Assembly: GCA_964609895.1 (NCBI GenBank)
Contig: CAZSTG010000004.1
Location: 16,288-80,287, forward strand
Source of the DNA: an uncultured Gammaproteobacteria bacterium
GTDB lineage: Bacteria > Patescibacteriota > Microgenomatia > UBA10105 > UBA927
DNA: 64,000 bases
Direction: 5' to 3'
Positions 10,596 to 21,101 of the stretch are shown here, one piece after another. A program made the position numbers and the translations under genes. The notes beneath the pieces are model-generated. The model saw only the letters and a list, made by a program, of their open reading frames with translations. It ran no database searches and was not told the origin of the DNA. The stretch's first letter is position 1, and each line of letters begins with the position of its first letter.

Positions 10596-10753
10596 GTTTA
10601 TATCGCCAACTCACATCAAAACATCCAAAAAAATCGAACCTTCTCGTCACTCATGTCGAAGTACAAAAAAACGACACTGAGCGCACCATATAATCAGGTT
10701 GTTTTCGTATTTCCTTTTTGTCATAATACATCTGCTCCAACGCGCGAACTTCT

Positions 10754-13267
10754 ATGAAAACAGACAACAAAACAGAAATCCATAACGAAACAATCGCTTC
10801 ACCTGTGGTACGTATAGACGCGCTTGACGAAAACTTTATAGAACCGCTACGGGAATTTTTTGCGTTAAATGGTTGCGAGGTGTTTGTAAATTCATCCCCC
10901 AGTTCATACGCAACATATCACCTGATTGTCGGAGATCTCCAATTCGTGAAATATATTCTCGATAACCATAAAATTACCGGCCAGAAATCCATGAACATCA
11001 TATGGGATACAAACGAAAATGCAGTATTGGAATTCCATAGTCACCATTCCAAATTTGCACTGATCGATCCCAAACAAATAACATCTGAGGTTCTTGCTAA
11101 ACTGTGCAATTTCTTTTTTACCAGTTCGCAAAAAATTCTTGATCTGCAACAGAGTCCGAAACAAGGACAAACAAGACTAGAAGAAAAAACACAAACAACA
11201 GAAAAAACACCTAAACTACGTGAGCAAGAAAAAACAGTCGCACCCAATATGGAGCGCGATACACAACGGATCGCACACACCATAGCACAGACGTTCTCAC
11301 CGCAGGGGAAAAAAGAAAAACCGATATCAAAAACTCCCGTCGCCCTGAAAGGGAAAAAACGGAAAGTCACCGGCATAGTACTAGGGACACTGGCATGCAC
11401 ATGTATGCTTCCTCTATGTCTCTATGCACTTTCTGTTATCGCAATGCTCATCATCATATACCGGCAATCCGTGTGTATCACCAAACCAAACCTTCCGTGT
11501 ATCAGGGAACCAAGTCGCTCTATTCAATCATGGTCCACACATGCACGAAGGATGCTTCCGTATGCAAGAATACCGTTTCATCTGATCCATCAGGATACTA
11601 TCATCAATGATGACAGCATAACCACACTGGAAAAAATATCGGCGACTCTTGCTTCAGCAGGAGACATTGAAGTGTTGGCGACAGATTTCAGCAGGTCGTT
11701 CTTCACCACTGATCTCTCAAAAGCAGACGCAACAACAACAGTCGTGCAGGTCGAAAAATTAAAGACGCAGTTTTTTTCTCTTCATACCAACTTGGATATG
11801 TCCTACCGTCTGATGGAACATAGTATGGAAAATCCAACTTTTCCATTATCAATTCCGTACGTGAAACACAAAATAGAAAAGGGGATAGAGATGCTTCAGG
11901 TTATCCGAACAAGACTGCAGACTGCCGAACGGCTCCTCTTACTGTACCCGTACATCGCAGGTTTTAAAGAGCCCCTGCACCTACTGGTTCTTTTTCAAAA
12001 CAGTACGGAACTTCGGCCAACAGGAGGATTTATTGGATCGCTTATGGAGGTGTCCATAGAAGACGGCGTTGTCAGTTCTATGGAAGTTCAGGACGTCTAC
12101 ACCGTCGACGGACAGCTGCGCGGACATGTCGATCCGCCAACGCCTATCCGTGACCTTCTGTCTCAGGAGCATTGGTATCTGCGCGACAGCAATTGGGATC
12201 CGAATTTTGAGGAATCTGCAAAACGAGCCATGTGGTTTTATGAAAAGGAATCAGGAAAAACCGTACAGGGAGTCATTGCAATCAATTCATCGCTGATTAT
12301 TCAAATTCTTCACATGCTTGGATCAATTCAAATGCCTGACACAAATGACGTCATTACAGCGGACAACTTCTACGAAAAATCCATTTCCTATACACAAACA
12401 GATTTCTTTCCGGGATCAACACAAAAAAAGGATTTTCTCGGCAGCCTCGTCAAAACCGTTATGGCTTCTTTCTTGGGAAACAAAAAAATATCAGGCATGC
12501 AAGCATTTGGCATTATTGATGAAGCGTTGCGAAACCGCACTATTCAGATGTATTTTGTTCATCCGGAAGCGCAGCAACTGTCCAAACAGTTTGCTTGGGC
12601 GGGCAGTATCCCCAGCAAGACATACTGCAAAGACGAAACCATCCGGTGCATATTTGACTACAACACCATTATTGAATCCAATCTTGGCGTAAACAAGGCA
12701 AACTACTACATCCGGCGTGAAGACACACGAGATATTACCGTTGATGCCGAAGGAAAACTGACGGAAACCATAACAAGAACAATACACAACACATCAGATA
12801 ATCAGGCGGGGAGCGGGATATACAAAAACTATATGCGCTTCTATGTTCCTGTTCAGGCTCATATCACAAGTTTTACGATTGACAACGTCTCTGTGCCCGC
12901 AAAACCAACAGGGAAAAAAGCGCTCATCCTCCCGTATGGCGAACTAGATACGACACCTACTGGTTTCTCTGTCGTTGCGGTTGCATCTGCTCTTGCTCCA
13001 TCTCACAGTACAACAGTGTCCATGCAATACGAATATACAACAAAGGAAACGGATGTCTCAAAACAACTTAACCTATATATCTATGGACAAAAACAATCAG
13101 GAATTGATCTGGTGCCGACAATTGTCCGTGTGCGGTATCCCGCCGTCTGGAAACTGCAGAATATGGGTGAATCTGCAGGCGTCACTCTTGCAAACGAAGG
13201 GTATCTCGAGTACAATAGCACGATGTCGGCAGACTCCGACATACACATACGTTTTATAAAGGAATAA
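10754..13267 (+). CDS. DUF4012-domain membrane-anchored protein
   Basis: LVLFQNSTELRPTGGFIGS, LRDSNWDPNF, NLGVNKAN, YKNYMRFYVP; one TM near aa 205-235. Confidence 0.8.
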   Translation: MKTDNKTEIHNETIASPVVRIDALDENFIEPLREFFALNGCEVFVNSSPSSYATYHLIVGDLQFVKYILDNHKITGQKSMNIIWDTNENAVLEFHSHHSKFALIDPKQITSEVLAKLCNFFFTSSQKILDLQQSPKQGQTRLEEKTQTTEKTPKLREQEKTVAPNMERDTQRIAHTIAQTFSPQGKKEKPISKTPVALKGKKRKVTGIVLGTLACTCMLPLCLYALSVIAMLIIIYRQSVCITKPNLPCIREPSRSIQSWSTHARRMLPYARIPFHLIHQDTIINDDSITTLEKISATLASAGDIEVLATDFSRSFFTTDLSKADATTTVVQVEKLKTQFFSLHTNLDMSYRLMEHSMENPTFPLSIPYVKHKIEKGIEMLQVIRTRLQTAERLLLLYPYIAGFKEPLHLLVLFQNSTELRPTGGFIGSLMEVSIEDGVVSSMEVQDVYTVDGQLRGHVDPPTPIRDLLSQEHWYLRDSNWDPNFEESAKRAMWFYEKESGKTVQGVIAINSSLIIQILHMLGSIQMPDTNDVITADNFYEKSISYTQTDFFPGSTQKKDFLGSLVKTVMASFLGNKKISGMQAFGIIDEALRNRTIQMYFVHPEAQQLSKQFAWAGSIPSKTYCKDETIRCIFDYNTIIESNLGVNKANYYIRREDTRDITVDAEGKLTETITRTIHNTSDNQAGSGIYKNYMRFYVPVQAHITSFTIDNVSVPAKPTGKKALILPYGELDTTPTGFSVVAVASALAPSHSTTVSMQYEYTTKETDVSKQLNLYIYGQKQSGIDLVPTIVRVRYPAVWKLQNMGESAGVTLANEGYLEYNSTMSADSDIHIRFIKE

Positions 13268-13271
13268 CACT

Positions 13272-13940
13272 ATGAGTTCACATAAACTCCAAGGAGAAAT
13301 CAGAACAATAACAGGAAAAAAGGTTAGGACAGTCCGTGCTGACGGGTATACGCCTGCGACTGTATATGGAAAAGGTGTTGAGGCACAAACAATCAGCATT
13401 CTCACAGGTGAATTAAAAAAAGTATATCGTGAAGCAGGGGAAACAGGGCTTATTGAACTGGAGATCAGCGGGAAAAAACATCCTGTCTTAATCCACACCG
13501 TACAAATACATCCCATCACAGGTGTCATGCTGCATGTTGAATTCCATGAAGTGAATTTGAAGGAAAAAGTGCATGCGGAAGTCCCAATTGAGCTTATTGG
13601 AGAACCTACGGCAATCAAGGAAAAAGTCGGAGTACTAATGCCGCTCATGGATCACGTGGAGGTAGAAGCACTTCCAGCCGAACTGCCTGAAAAAATCGAA
13701 ATAGATATTACAGCTCTTGCTGCGGTCAATGATCAGATTATGGTCGGAGAATTGACTGTTCCTGCAGGTGTTGCGGTATTGACAGATCCAACGCTTATCG
13801 TGGTAAAAATCGGAGCATTCGTGGTCGAAAAAGAACCGGAACCGGTAGCAGCCGAAACGCCTGCAGAAGGGGAAGCTGTGCCGGTGGAAGAAGGGGAAAA
13901 CAACGGAGAAAAACCAATGGAAGAGACCAAGGAAGAATAA
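13272..13940 (+). CDS. rplY: 50S ribosomal protein L25/Ctc
   Basis: PATVYGKG, VQIHPITGVMLHVEF, ALPAELPEKIEIDI, acidic tail. Confidence 0.93.
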   Translation: MSSHKLQGEIRTITGKKVRTVRADGYTPATVYGKGVEAQTISILTGELKKVYREAGETGLIELEISGKKHPVLIHTVQIHPITGVMLHVEFHEVNLKEKVHAEVPIELIGEPTAIKEKVGVLMPLMDHVEVEALPAELPEKIEIDITALAAVNDQIMVGELTVPAGVAVLTDPTLIVVKIGAFVVEKEPEPVAAETPAEGEAVPVEEGENNGEKPMEETKEE

Positions 13941-13943
13941 CTC

Positions 13944-14546
13944 CTACAGTAACACTCCGAGTTGTGCCGCAAACTCCTTGACCGCTGCGTTGTTTGGATC
14001 CAGAGCATACGCCGCATTGATGTACGTCATTGCCGCGTCCTGTTTGTCCAAACGAAAACAAATGGCTGCAAGTGTCATATATGCATCCCGATAATCCGGA
14101 TGCTGTTCCACAACCGTCTTCCAAAACGCATAGGAACGGAGAATATAAGTCCGATCTTGTTCCCATCGGTTCAACATATCCTTTGGCTCTGACTGCACGC
14201 CAAGCACGCGTGGAACGAGTAGGGAAAAGGGCAAAGGAAATGTCCCAACCTGATCAGCCAACTGCAATTCTTTTGTGGCATCCGAAGTGTTTCCCAGTGT
14301 ATACAACCGCTGCCCGAATCGCATATGGTTGGCACTCGAAAAAGGGGAAATAATGAGATCCAGACGCTCTGTAATCAATGGATTGGGATGTACATGGATC
14401 ATCCAGACATTGAGCGCTATAAACGCCAGAAATGAGGCTAACGCGACGAAGCGGAATTGAGACAATTCAGGCAATGCGGAGAATATTCGGGAAATATGCG
14501 GTAATAACTGCTTTTGCACCCATGGTAAAATACGTATACGCAACAT
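13944..14546 (-). CDS. Membrane-anchored TPR-like protein
   Basis: N-terminal TM; HPDYRDAY...AYALDPNN TPR-like helices. Confidence 0.65.
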   Translation of the reverse strand: MLRIRILPWVQKQLLPHISRIFSALPELSQFRFVALASFLAFIALNVWMIHVHPNPLITERLDLIISPFSSANHMRFGQRLYTLGNTSDATKELQLADQVGTFPLPFSLLVPRVLGVQSEPKDMLNRWEQDRTYILRSYAFWKTVVEQHPDYRDAYMTLAAICFRLDKQDAAMTYINAAYALDPNNAAVKEFAAQLGVLL

Positions 14547-14584
14547 TAATGTTTATTGTATTGATGAGAGCGTTATAACGCAAT

Positions 14585-15289
14585 ATGACAGATTCTTTAC
14601 GCAGACAAACTGTTATAACACTTCTTGAAAAAACGTATCCAGACGCACACATCATGCTGTCATATCACTCTTCATGGGAGCTTCTTGTTGCTGTTATGCT
14701 CTCGGCGCAATGCACTGACAAAATGGTAAATACAGTCACTCCCACGTTATTTTCCATATATCCAACTGTACAAGCTATGGCATCTGCACCGATACAACAC
14801 GTAGAAATGCTCATCAAAAAAACAGGATTTTACAAAAACAAAGCAAAAAATATTGTCGAAACAGCAAAGCGCATCACGTCTGTATATAACGGAGAAGTGC
14901 CACACACAATGGATGAACTACTTACACTCAAAGGGGTAGCAAGAAAAACAGCAAATGTAGTGCTTACAAATGCCTTTGGCGTAGCAGAGGGCATCGCTGT
15001 TGACACACACGTCATCCGCTTAAGCCAACGACTTCGCCTCGTATCGCTACCCGCAATCGGAGGCAAAACATATACATATGTAGATTCAGATCATAAAACA
15101 ATTGATTTTATGAAGGATGCCGTACCAGAAAAAATTGAAAAAGAATTACAACAAGTACTGCCAAAAGAAAAATGGAATACAATCACGTATGAGCTTATCG
15201 ATCATGGCAGAGGAGTGTGTAAAGCGATCCGACCGCTGTGTCATTCCTGTGTGCTTGCACCATATTGTCCTTCAAAACGAACGATATAA
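14585..15289 (+). CDS. nth: Endonuclease III
   Basis: LLVAVMLSAQCTD, HhH LKGVARKTAN, VDTHV, 4Fe-4S CX6CX2CX5C. Confidence 0.95.
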   Translation: MTDSLRRQTVITLLEKTYPDAHIMLSYHSSWELLVAVMLSAQCTDKMVNTVTPTLFSIYPTVQAMASAPIQHVEMLIKKTGFYKNKAKNIVETAKRITSVYNGEVPHTMDELLTLKGVARKTANVVLTNAFGVAEGIAVDTHVIRLSQRLRLVSLPAIGGKTYTYVDSDHKTIDFMKDAVPEKIEKELQQVLPKEKWNTITYELIDHGRGVCKAIRPLCHSCVLAPYCPSKRTI

Positions 15290-15382
15290 CTTCTCCATTT
15301 TCTTGTTTCACCAAACCAAACATGATAGGATAATAGGCGTACCAAGCACATTCTGTCCAATATGTATAAAAAGGAGCACGTT

Positions 15383-16072
15383 ATGGCAACAAAAAAAGCG
15401 AAAACAGCAAAAAAATCTGCAGCAAAAAGTGAAAAACTAGTTGTGTCTATACCGAAGGAATTATCTTCCACAACTCCGTATTCAAATTGGAGACCTGCTG
15501 GAATCTCCAAAACCGGAACTATTGCCATTTTTCTTGGCATCATTATTTTGGGACTTCTTGCAGTAAACCGCGGGCTTGTGATTGCTGCTGTAGTCAACAA
15601 TAAGCCAATTTTTCGGACGTCAGTAAATAATGCGCTCATGGCTCGATATGGCACGCAGACACTAGAAAACATGATTACGGAACAACTCATTAGTGACGAA
15701 GCAGCCAAACAAAAAGTGACTGTCACAAAAGAGGAAATTGAAGCAAAAGAACAAGAAATCCTCGCAAGTTTTGGTGGAAATGTCACGCTTGAAGAGGTAT
15801 TAAGTTATCAAGGAATGACAAAAGAAGATTTTGATCAACAAATCAAACTGCAGATGCAGCTTACCAAAATTATCGGCAAAGACATCACCATCACAGACGA
15901 AGAAGTCACAACGTATATTGCAGATAACCCGTCAACCTTAGTTGCCACAGATTCTGACGGCATGAGAAAAGAAGCGCGGGAAGCAATTCTCACACAAAAA
16001 GTGAGCGAACAGCTACAAACATGGTACCAATCGGTAAAAGAGAAGGCAAAAATATACCGACTGATGAAATAA
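15383..16072 (+). CDS. SurA N-terminal/PrsA-like foldase (no PPIase domain evident)
   Basis: TM then AAVVNNKPI...LENMITEQLI...EA; SD AAGGAG before ATG 15383. Confidence 0.7.
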   Translation: MATKKAKTAKKSAAKSEKLVVSIPKELSSTTPYSNWRPAGISKTGTIAIFLGIIILGLLAVNRGLVIAAVVNNKPIFRTSVNNALMARYGTQTLENMITEQLISDEAAKQKVTVTKEEIEAKEQEILASFGGNVTLEEVLSYQGMTKEDFDQQIKLQMQLTKIIGKDITITDEEVTTYIADNPSTLVATDSDGMRKEAREAILTQKVSEQLQTWYQSVKEKAKIYRLMK

Positions 16073-16081
16073 GGAGGAACT

Positions 16082-16351
16082 ATGCATTGGTTCAATGGAG
16101 ATACAGTACAGATGCTTCCGTGGATGAGTATCGGATTCATTCCTACCATGCTTTGGAGTCTTGGATGGAAAGGACTCGCGTTGTGGCACGCGGCAAAACG
16201 AAATGAAAAATGGTGGTTTATCGGAATGTTGGTTATAAACACAGTAGGAATTCTGGAAATCTGCTATCTTTTGTTTGCCGTAAAACTGTTTGCGGGGACA
16301 GATACAAAGACGGTGATGAAAAAACCAACGCAAAAAAAGCGTTCTTCATGA
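16082..16351 (+). CDS. DUF5652-like small membrane protein
   Basis: WSLGWKGLALWHAAKRNEKWWF...NTVGILEICY; SD AAGGAGG. Confidence 0.8.
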   Translation: MHWFNGDTVQMLPWMSIGFIPTMLWSLGWKGLALWHAAKRNEKWWFIGMLVINTVGILEICYLLFAVKLFAGTDTKTVMKKPTQKKRSS

Positions 16352-17385
16352 AAACGTGGCAGGCCTTACGGCAACATCCGGAGCTTTGGAATCGCTATTT
16401 CGTTCGGGAACATGTTATCCGCGCGGTGCGGGCATTCTTTCAGACAGAACAATTTCATGAGGTGGAAACCCCGTTGCTTCTGAATGCTCCTGCTGCAGAA
16501 AGCTACTTGGACGTTTTTGAGACAACGCTTCTTGATCGAGATAGAAAAAAAACAACGGCATATTTATCAACCTCTCCCGAACTTGCACTCAAAAAACTGA
16601 TTGTTGCAGGTATCGGAAACTGTTACAGCATCACCAAAAGTTTCCGGAATATGGAGACAGACAGTCACACACATAATCCGGAATTCACCATCCTCGAATG
16701 GTACAGAATTGGAGCAACATATACATCGATCATGGATGACTGTCAAAAATTGCTCCTTGCAATCAATACGTCCCTTGGAAGGGGAAACACCATTACCTAT
16801 CAAGGAATCACGTTTCATATAAGAGAACCGTGGGAAAAAATAACAGTCAAAGAGGCATTTGCTAAATGGGCAGCTGTCAATTTTGACGAGTTCTTGGATG
16901 ATAAAACGGCGAGGCTAATCGCACAAAAAAAGGGGTACACCGTAGAGGACAGAAATACATGGGAAGAACTCTATGATCAGATATTTTTAAATGAAGTGGA
17001 ACCGCATCTTGGGAAAGAAAGACCGACGATCATATATGAATTTCCGGGAAATCTTGCGGCGCTGTCGAAGAAAAAACAGGATGACCCGCGGTATGCCCAA
17101 CGGTTTGAACTGTATATTGGAGGCTTGGAACTGGGAGACTGCTACACAGAGCTGACTAATTGGAAAGAACAACAGGATCGGTTTGAGTTCGAACTTACAG
17201 AAATTGAGAGACTCGGAAAAACCAAATATGACTATGACCATGATTTCATCGAGGCACTCAAAATGGGCATGCCGGACACAAGCGGCATTGCCGTCGGCCT
17301 TGACCGACTGGTCATGTTGTACGCAGACACCACACATATTGCCGATACACTCTTTTTCCCGAGTGTTGAATTGTTTGAAAAATAA
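16348..17385 (+). CDS. epmA: EF-P lysine aminoacylase EpmA/GenX (LysRS catalytic-domain paralogue)
   Basis: EVETPLL, YLSTSPELALKKL, FRN..HNPEFTILEWY, RFELYIGGLEL, GIAVGLDRL; no anticodon-binding domain; adjacent to efp. Confidence 0.9.
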   Translation: MKTWQALRQHPELWNRYFVREHVIRAVRAFFQTEQFHEVETPLLLNAPAAESYLDVFETTLLDRDRKKTTAYLSTSPELALKKLIVAGIGNCYSITKSFRNMETDSHTHNPEFTILEWYRIGATYTSIMDDCQKLLLAINTSLGRGNTITYQGITFHIREPWEKITVKEAFAKWAAVNFDEFLDDKTARLIAQKKGYTVEDRNTWEELYDQIFLNEVEPHLGKERPTIIYEFPGNLAALSKKKQDDPRYAQRFELYIGGLELGDCYTELTNWKEQQDRFEFELTEIERLGKTKYDYDHDFIEALKMGMPDTSGIAVGLDRLVMLYADTTHIADTLFFPSVELFEK

Positions 17386-17410
17386 GCCTATTCGTGGGAT
17401 AATAGCTTCC

Positions 17411-17974
17411 ATGTCATCCATAACCACATCTGATTTCAAAAATGGAATTTTCATTACCTTTAAGGATCAGCCGCACCAAATTGTGGAATTCCAGCGCGTC
17501 AATCCAGGCAAAGGTTCAGCATTTGTCAGAACCAAACTGAAATCACTTACCACAGGAAAAGTGCAGGAGTTCACCTATAAGTCAGGAGAATCTGTAGAAG
17601 AACTTCCAGTCGAGACGCAGGAGATGCAATATTTATATCCCGAAGGGGACGACTACGTATTCATGAATAACCAGACATTTGATCAGGTAACAGTCAAAGG
17701 AACACTTATCGGTGATTTCATCAAATTCCTGAAACCAAACGACACATATCAGATTCTTGTTCATGAAGAAGAGGCTGTTGGCATCCGACTTCCGAAAAAA
17801 GTCAGACTGATCGTCACTGAGGCAACTGAAGGAGCAAAAGGAAATACCATGTCAGGGGCAACCAAAACAGTGACTGTCGAAACGGGCGCCATTGTTACAG
17901 TTCCTCTTTTTATCAAAGAAGGCGAACTCATTGCTATCGATCCTGAAACAGGAAGCTACGTCGAACGGGCATAA
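17411..17974 (+). CDS. efp: Translation elongation factor P
   Basis: VNPGKGSAFVRTKLK, VPLFIKEGELIAIDPETGSYVERA. Confidence 0.96.
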   Translation: MSSITTSDFKNGIFITFKDQPHQIVEFQRVNPGKGSAFVRTKLKSLTTGKVQEFTYKSGESVEELPVETQEMQYLYPEGDDYVFMNNQTFDQVTVKGTLIGDFIKFLKPNDTYQILVHEEEAVGIRLPKKVRLIVTEATEGAKGNTMSGATKTVTVETGAIVTVPLFIKEGELIAIDPETGSYVERA

Positions 17975-18031
17975 ATGACTCTCTTCTTATAATTGACACT
18001 GTTTCCAACTCGTGAAACAATAACAAATACT

Positions 18032-18928
18032 ATGGATGACGAATCAACTTCTTTTGATCCAAAAACCCCGCAGCCGAATATCCAGTATGAAGAAACGCCG
18101 GTCATTACTCCTGTCGAAGAACAGACTCTGCAACCTGAAACGGCTGCTCCTCCTGTTGAAGAGCCAGCATTTCAAGAACAACAGACGGAAATGCCGGCTG
18201 CGCCCCCGAAAAAACGTTCGCCTAAAGCTGTTATCAAGGGTATTTTCATTTTTCTTATTCTGTTTATCGTAGGGTACGCGTTAAGCGGCGTTATACGGAC
18301 CATCATCACGCAAACGGGCACATCAGTTGCCACAAAAACAGCCCCAGAACCAACAAGCGCTCCGGTTGAAGTATTACCCACAACAACGGCTGCCACAGAA
18401 AGTGGTTTGACAGTCCTTCCTATACCAAAAATTTCCACGACGCCGACGTTGACTGCTTCCTCAAGTGCTTGGAAGCAATACAACCCGGTTCACGGGGCAT
18501 CACGCTCTCCCATTACATCTATCCGGTTCAGTCTTCCGACAACAATCCTCGCACCTGTCTGTGACGGATCATCCTGTGGATCTCAAGGAACATATTTGCC
18601 AGGCGGCACCCGACTTACTATAGCACCGCGGGGGGTAGGGGAAGTGCTTGCTGATTATCGAGGAAAAATCATCAGTGATGCCTCAGGGAAAGCTCTTATT
18701 ACCAAAGAAACAACCATTGGCGGCAAGAAAGCAACGGAATACACAACAGATACCACAGGGTCGACAGTCGGAGGATATGGGTTTACTATGATGCATGGGT
18801 ATATGGTGGAGGTCACAGACACACTTTCATTTGAAATTAATCATTTTTCACCAAACGGCATAACCACAGATTTTGCAGCAGACGACGTGCTTTTCAAATC
18901 GATTATAGGAACGATTCAATTCAACTAA
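18032..18928 (+). CDS. Hypothetical single-TM protein with Pro/Thr-rich linker
   Basis: Acidic/Pro-rich N-terminus, one TM, Thr-rich stalk, small extracellular domain. Confidence 0.6.
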   Translation: MDDESTSFDPKTPQPNIQYEETPVITPVEEQTLQPETAAPPVEEPAFQEQQTEMPAAPPKKRSPKAVIKGIFIFLILFIVGYALSGVIRTIITQTGTSVATKTAPEPTSAPVEVLPTTTAATESGLTVLPIPKISTTPTLTASSSAWKQYNPVHGASRSPITSIRFSLPTTILAPVCDGSSCGSQGTYLPGGTRLTIAPRGVGEVLADYRGKIISDASGKALITKETTIGGKKATEYTTDTTGSTVGGYGFTMMHGYMVEVTDTLSFEINHFSPNGITTDFAADDVLFKSIIGTIQFN

Positions 18929-18934
18929 CCAAAG

Positions 18935-21079
18935 TTATACTGCTGGCCATGCAGAAATAATCAGCTTGTTGTCATGTTGCCGCGGCAGTTGTCCCCAAAT
19001 ACTTTCAGTCACAAATGGCATAAACGGATGCAACAGTTTCAGTACGGTCAGAAGAATATGACGGTACACGGCAAGAGCTTGTGTGTCTCCTTGTTTGAAC
19101 CGCTCTTTATTCTGTTCCAAATAGTCATCAGCTAGTGTGTGCCATGTAAAATCATAGAGCATCTGCGCCGCATCAGAATATCTGTACGTATCCATATATT
19201 TTGTTGTCGTCTTCACAGTCACTTCAAGTTTTTTTAACATTGCCAGATCACTCTTGTCTACATCTTTATCCATTGTCTTGTCATAAAAGGGAAGGTCTTT
19301 GATGTTCTCGGTATTCATTAAAAAAAGACGCGAAATATTCCAAAGTTTATTGGCAAAATTTCGCATACCTCGAATTTTATCCTCAGAAAGGGATATATCA
19401 TTACCTGCTGCTGCTCCAAACACAAGCGCCATACGCAAGGCATCTGCTCCGTACAAATCTACCATCTTAATGGGATTGACCACATTGCCTTTGCTCTTAC
19501 TCATCTTTTGTCCTTTACTGTCCCGAACCAATCCATGAAGATACACTTTTTTAAACGGCACCTGACCGGTCACATACAACCCTACCATCAGCATACGACA
19601 CACCCACCACGGTAAAATATCGTAGCCCGTTTCCATCACGGAAGTAGGGTAGAAGGTGTCAAAATCAGTGTTATCACTGTTGGCCTTCAGTGTGGCAAAC
19701 GGCCACTGTGCACTGGAAAACCACGTATCAAAAACATCCTCGTCTTGTGTGAGAACTGTGCCTCCACATGTCGGACATTTTTCTGGAACGCTTCCATCTG
19801 TAATAATCCATTCTTTCCCAACATTCGTTTTCGCACATGCCTCACATCGCCACGCAGGAATTCTGATTCCCCATACGATTTGACGGCTGATATTCCAGTC
19901 ATGAAAATCATTCAACCATTGAGTTGCGGTTTTTTCAAACCGTTTCGGCACAAATGACACTTCCTTTTTGGCAATTGCAGTGATTGCCCGATCTGCAAGC
20001 GGTTTAATTTTCACAAACCACTGGGACATGGGGAGCGGCTCGAGTGTCGTTCCGCATTTATAGCAGGTGCCGACGGTATGTACATACCCTTCATCCACAT
20101 GGTCAATAAGTCCTTTTACCTTCAGATCTTCAACAACCTTTGCCCGCGCCGCTTTTATGCGAAGCCCTGCATACGAACCGGTCACGGCAGTCAGTTTTCC
20201 GTCAAATCCGATTACCTGTACAAGCGGAAGATTGTGGCGCTTGCCGATTTCGAAGTCTGTCACATCATGGCTAGGCGTCACTTTCACAACGCCTGTACCA
20301 AATGCGGGATCAACCGCCTCATCGGCAACAACTTTGAGCTTCACTTTACCGATAAGCCCATCAAATTCAATTTCTTTTCCAACATAGTCTTTGTAGCGTT
20401 TATCTGTCGGATGAACGGCAACTGCCGTATCGCCGAATTTCGTTTCAGGACGCACGGTTGCCAGCACAAACGGGCCGTATTTGAGATAGTAGAGTGGGTC
20501 AATCTGCTCCACGTGCTTCACTTCCAAATCAGAAAAACTTGTACCGCATTTGGTGCAGTAATTCACCAACCGTTCTCCGCGATAGATAAGCCCGTCATCA
20601 TGCATTTTCTTAAATGTCTTATACACAATAGCAATGATTGCAGGATCAAGTGGAAATTTAAGTCGCGGCCAATCCAAAGAAAAACCCATCCGACGAAGCT
20701 GTGACTCCATACTGCCACGGTTATTTTGCGCAAAATCCCAAATCGCTTTATAGAGTTCATCCCGCGAATAGTCAAAACGGCTTTTCCCTTGTTTAGCCAA
20801 AAATTTCTCAAAGACATACTGTGTCTCGAATCCCGCGTGATCAAATCCGGGTTGCCATAATGTAACATCACCCTTCATCCGGTGATACCGGATCATAATA
20901 TCCTCAATAGTAAACATCGCGTGTCCCAAATGAAGATCACCGTTGGCATTTGGAAGAGGAAGGATAACACAGAATGGGTCTTTTCCTGTTTTTTTGACCG
21001 GAGCAAAACAATGCTCTTGTTCCCATGAGGAATAGATTGTCTCTTCAAACGATTTTGGAGCGTAGGCTGTATCCATCAC
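18935..21079 (-). CDS. valS: Valine--tRNA ligase (short, no C-terminal coiled coil)
   Basis: HLGH, DWNISRQIVWG, DVFDTWFSS, KMSKSKGN; 714 aa. Confidence 0.95.
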   Translation of the reverse strand: MMDTAYAPKSFEETIYSSWEQEHCFAPVKKTGKDPFCVILPLPNANGDLHLGHAMFTIEDIMIRYHRMKGDVTLWQPGFDHAGFETQYVFEKFLAKQGKSRFDYSRDELYKAIWDFAQNNRGSMESQLRRMGFSLDWPRLKFPLDPAIIAIVYKTFKKMHDDGLIYRGERLVNYCTKCGTSFSDLEVKHVEQIDPLYYLKYGPFVLATVRPETKFGDTAVAVHPTDKRYKDYVGKEIEFDGLIGKVKLKVVADEAVDPAFGTGVVKVTPSHDVTDFEIGKRHNLPLVQVIGFDGKLTAVTGSYAGLRIKAARAKVVEDLKVKGLIDHVDEGYVHTVGTCYKCGTTLEPLPMSQWFVKIKPLADRAITAIAKKEVSFVPKRFEKTATQWLNDFHDWNISRQIVWGIRIPAWRCEACAKTNVGKEWIITDGSVPEKCPTCGGTVLTQDEDVFDTWFSSAQWPFATLKANSDNTDFDTFYPTSVMETGYDILPWWVCRMLMVGLYVTGQVPFKKVYLHGLVRDSKGQKMSKSKGNVVNPIKMVDLYGADALRMALVFGAAAGNDISLSEDKIRGMRNFANKLWNISRLFLMNTENIKDLPFYDKTMDKDVDKSDLAMLKKLEVTVKTTTKYMDTYRYSDAAQMLYDFTWHTLADDYLEQNKERFKQGDTQALAVYRHILLTVLKLLHPFMPFVTESIWGQLPRQHDNKLIISAWPAV

Positions 21080-21101
21080 TCACATATTGTAGCGCGTGGG
21101 G

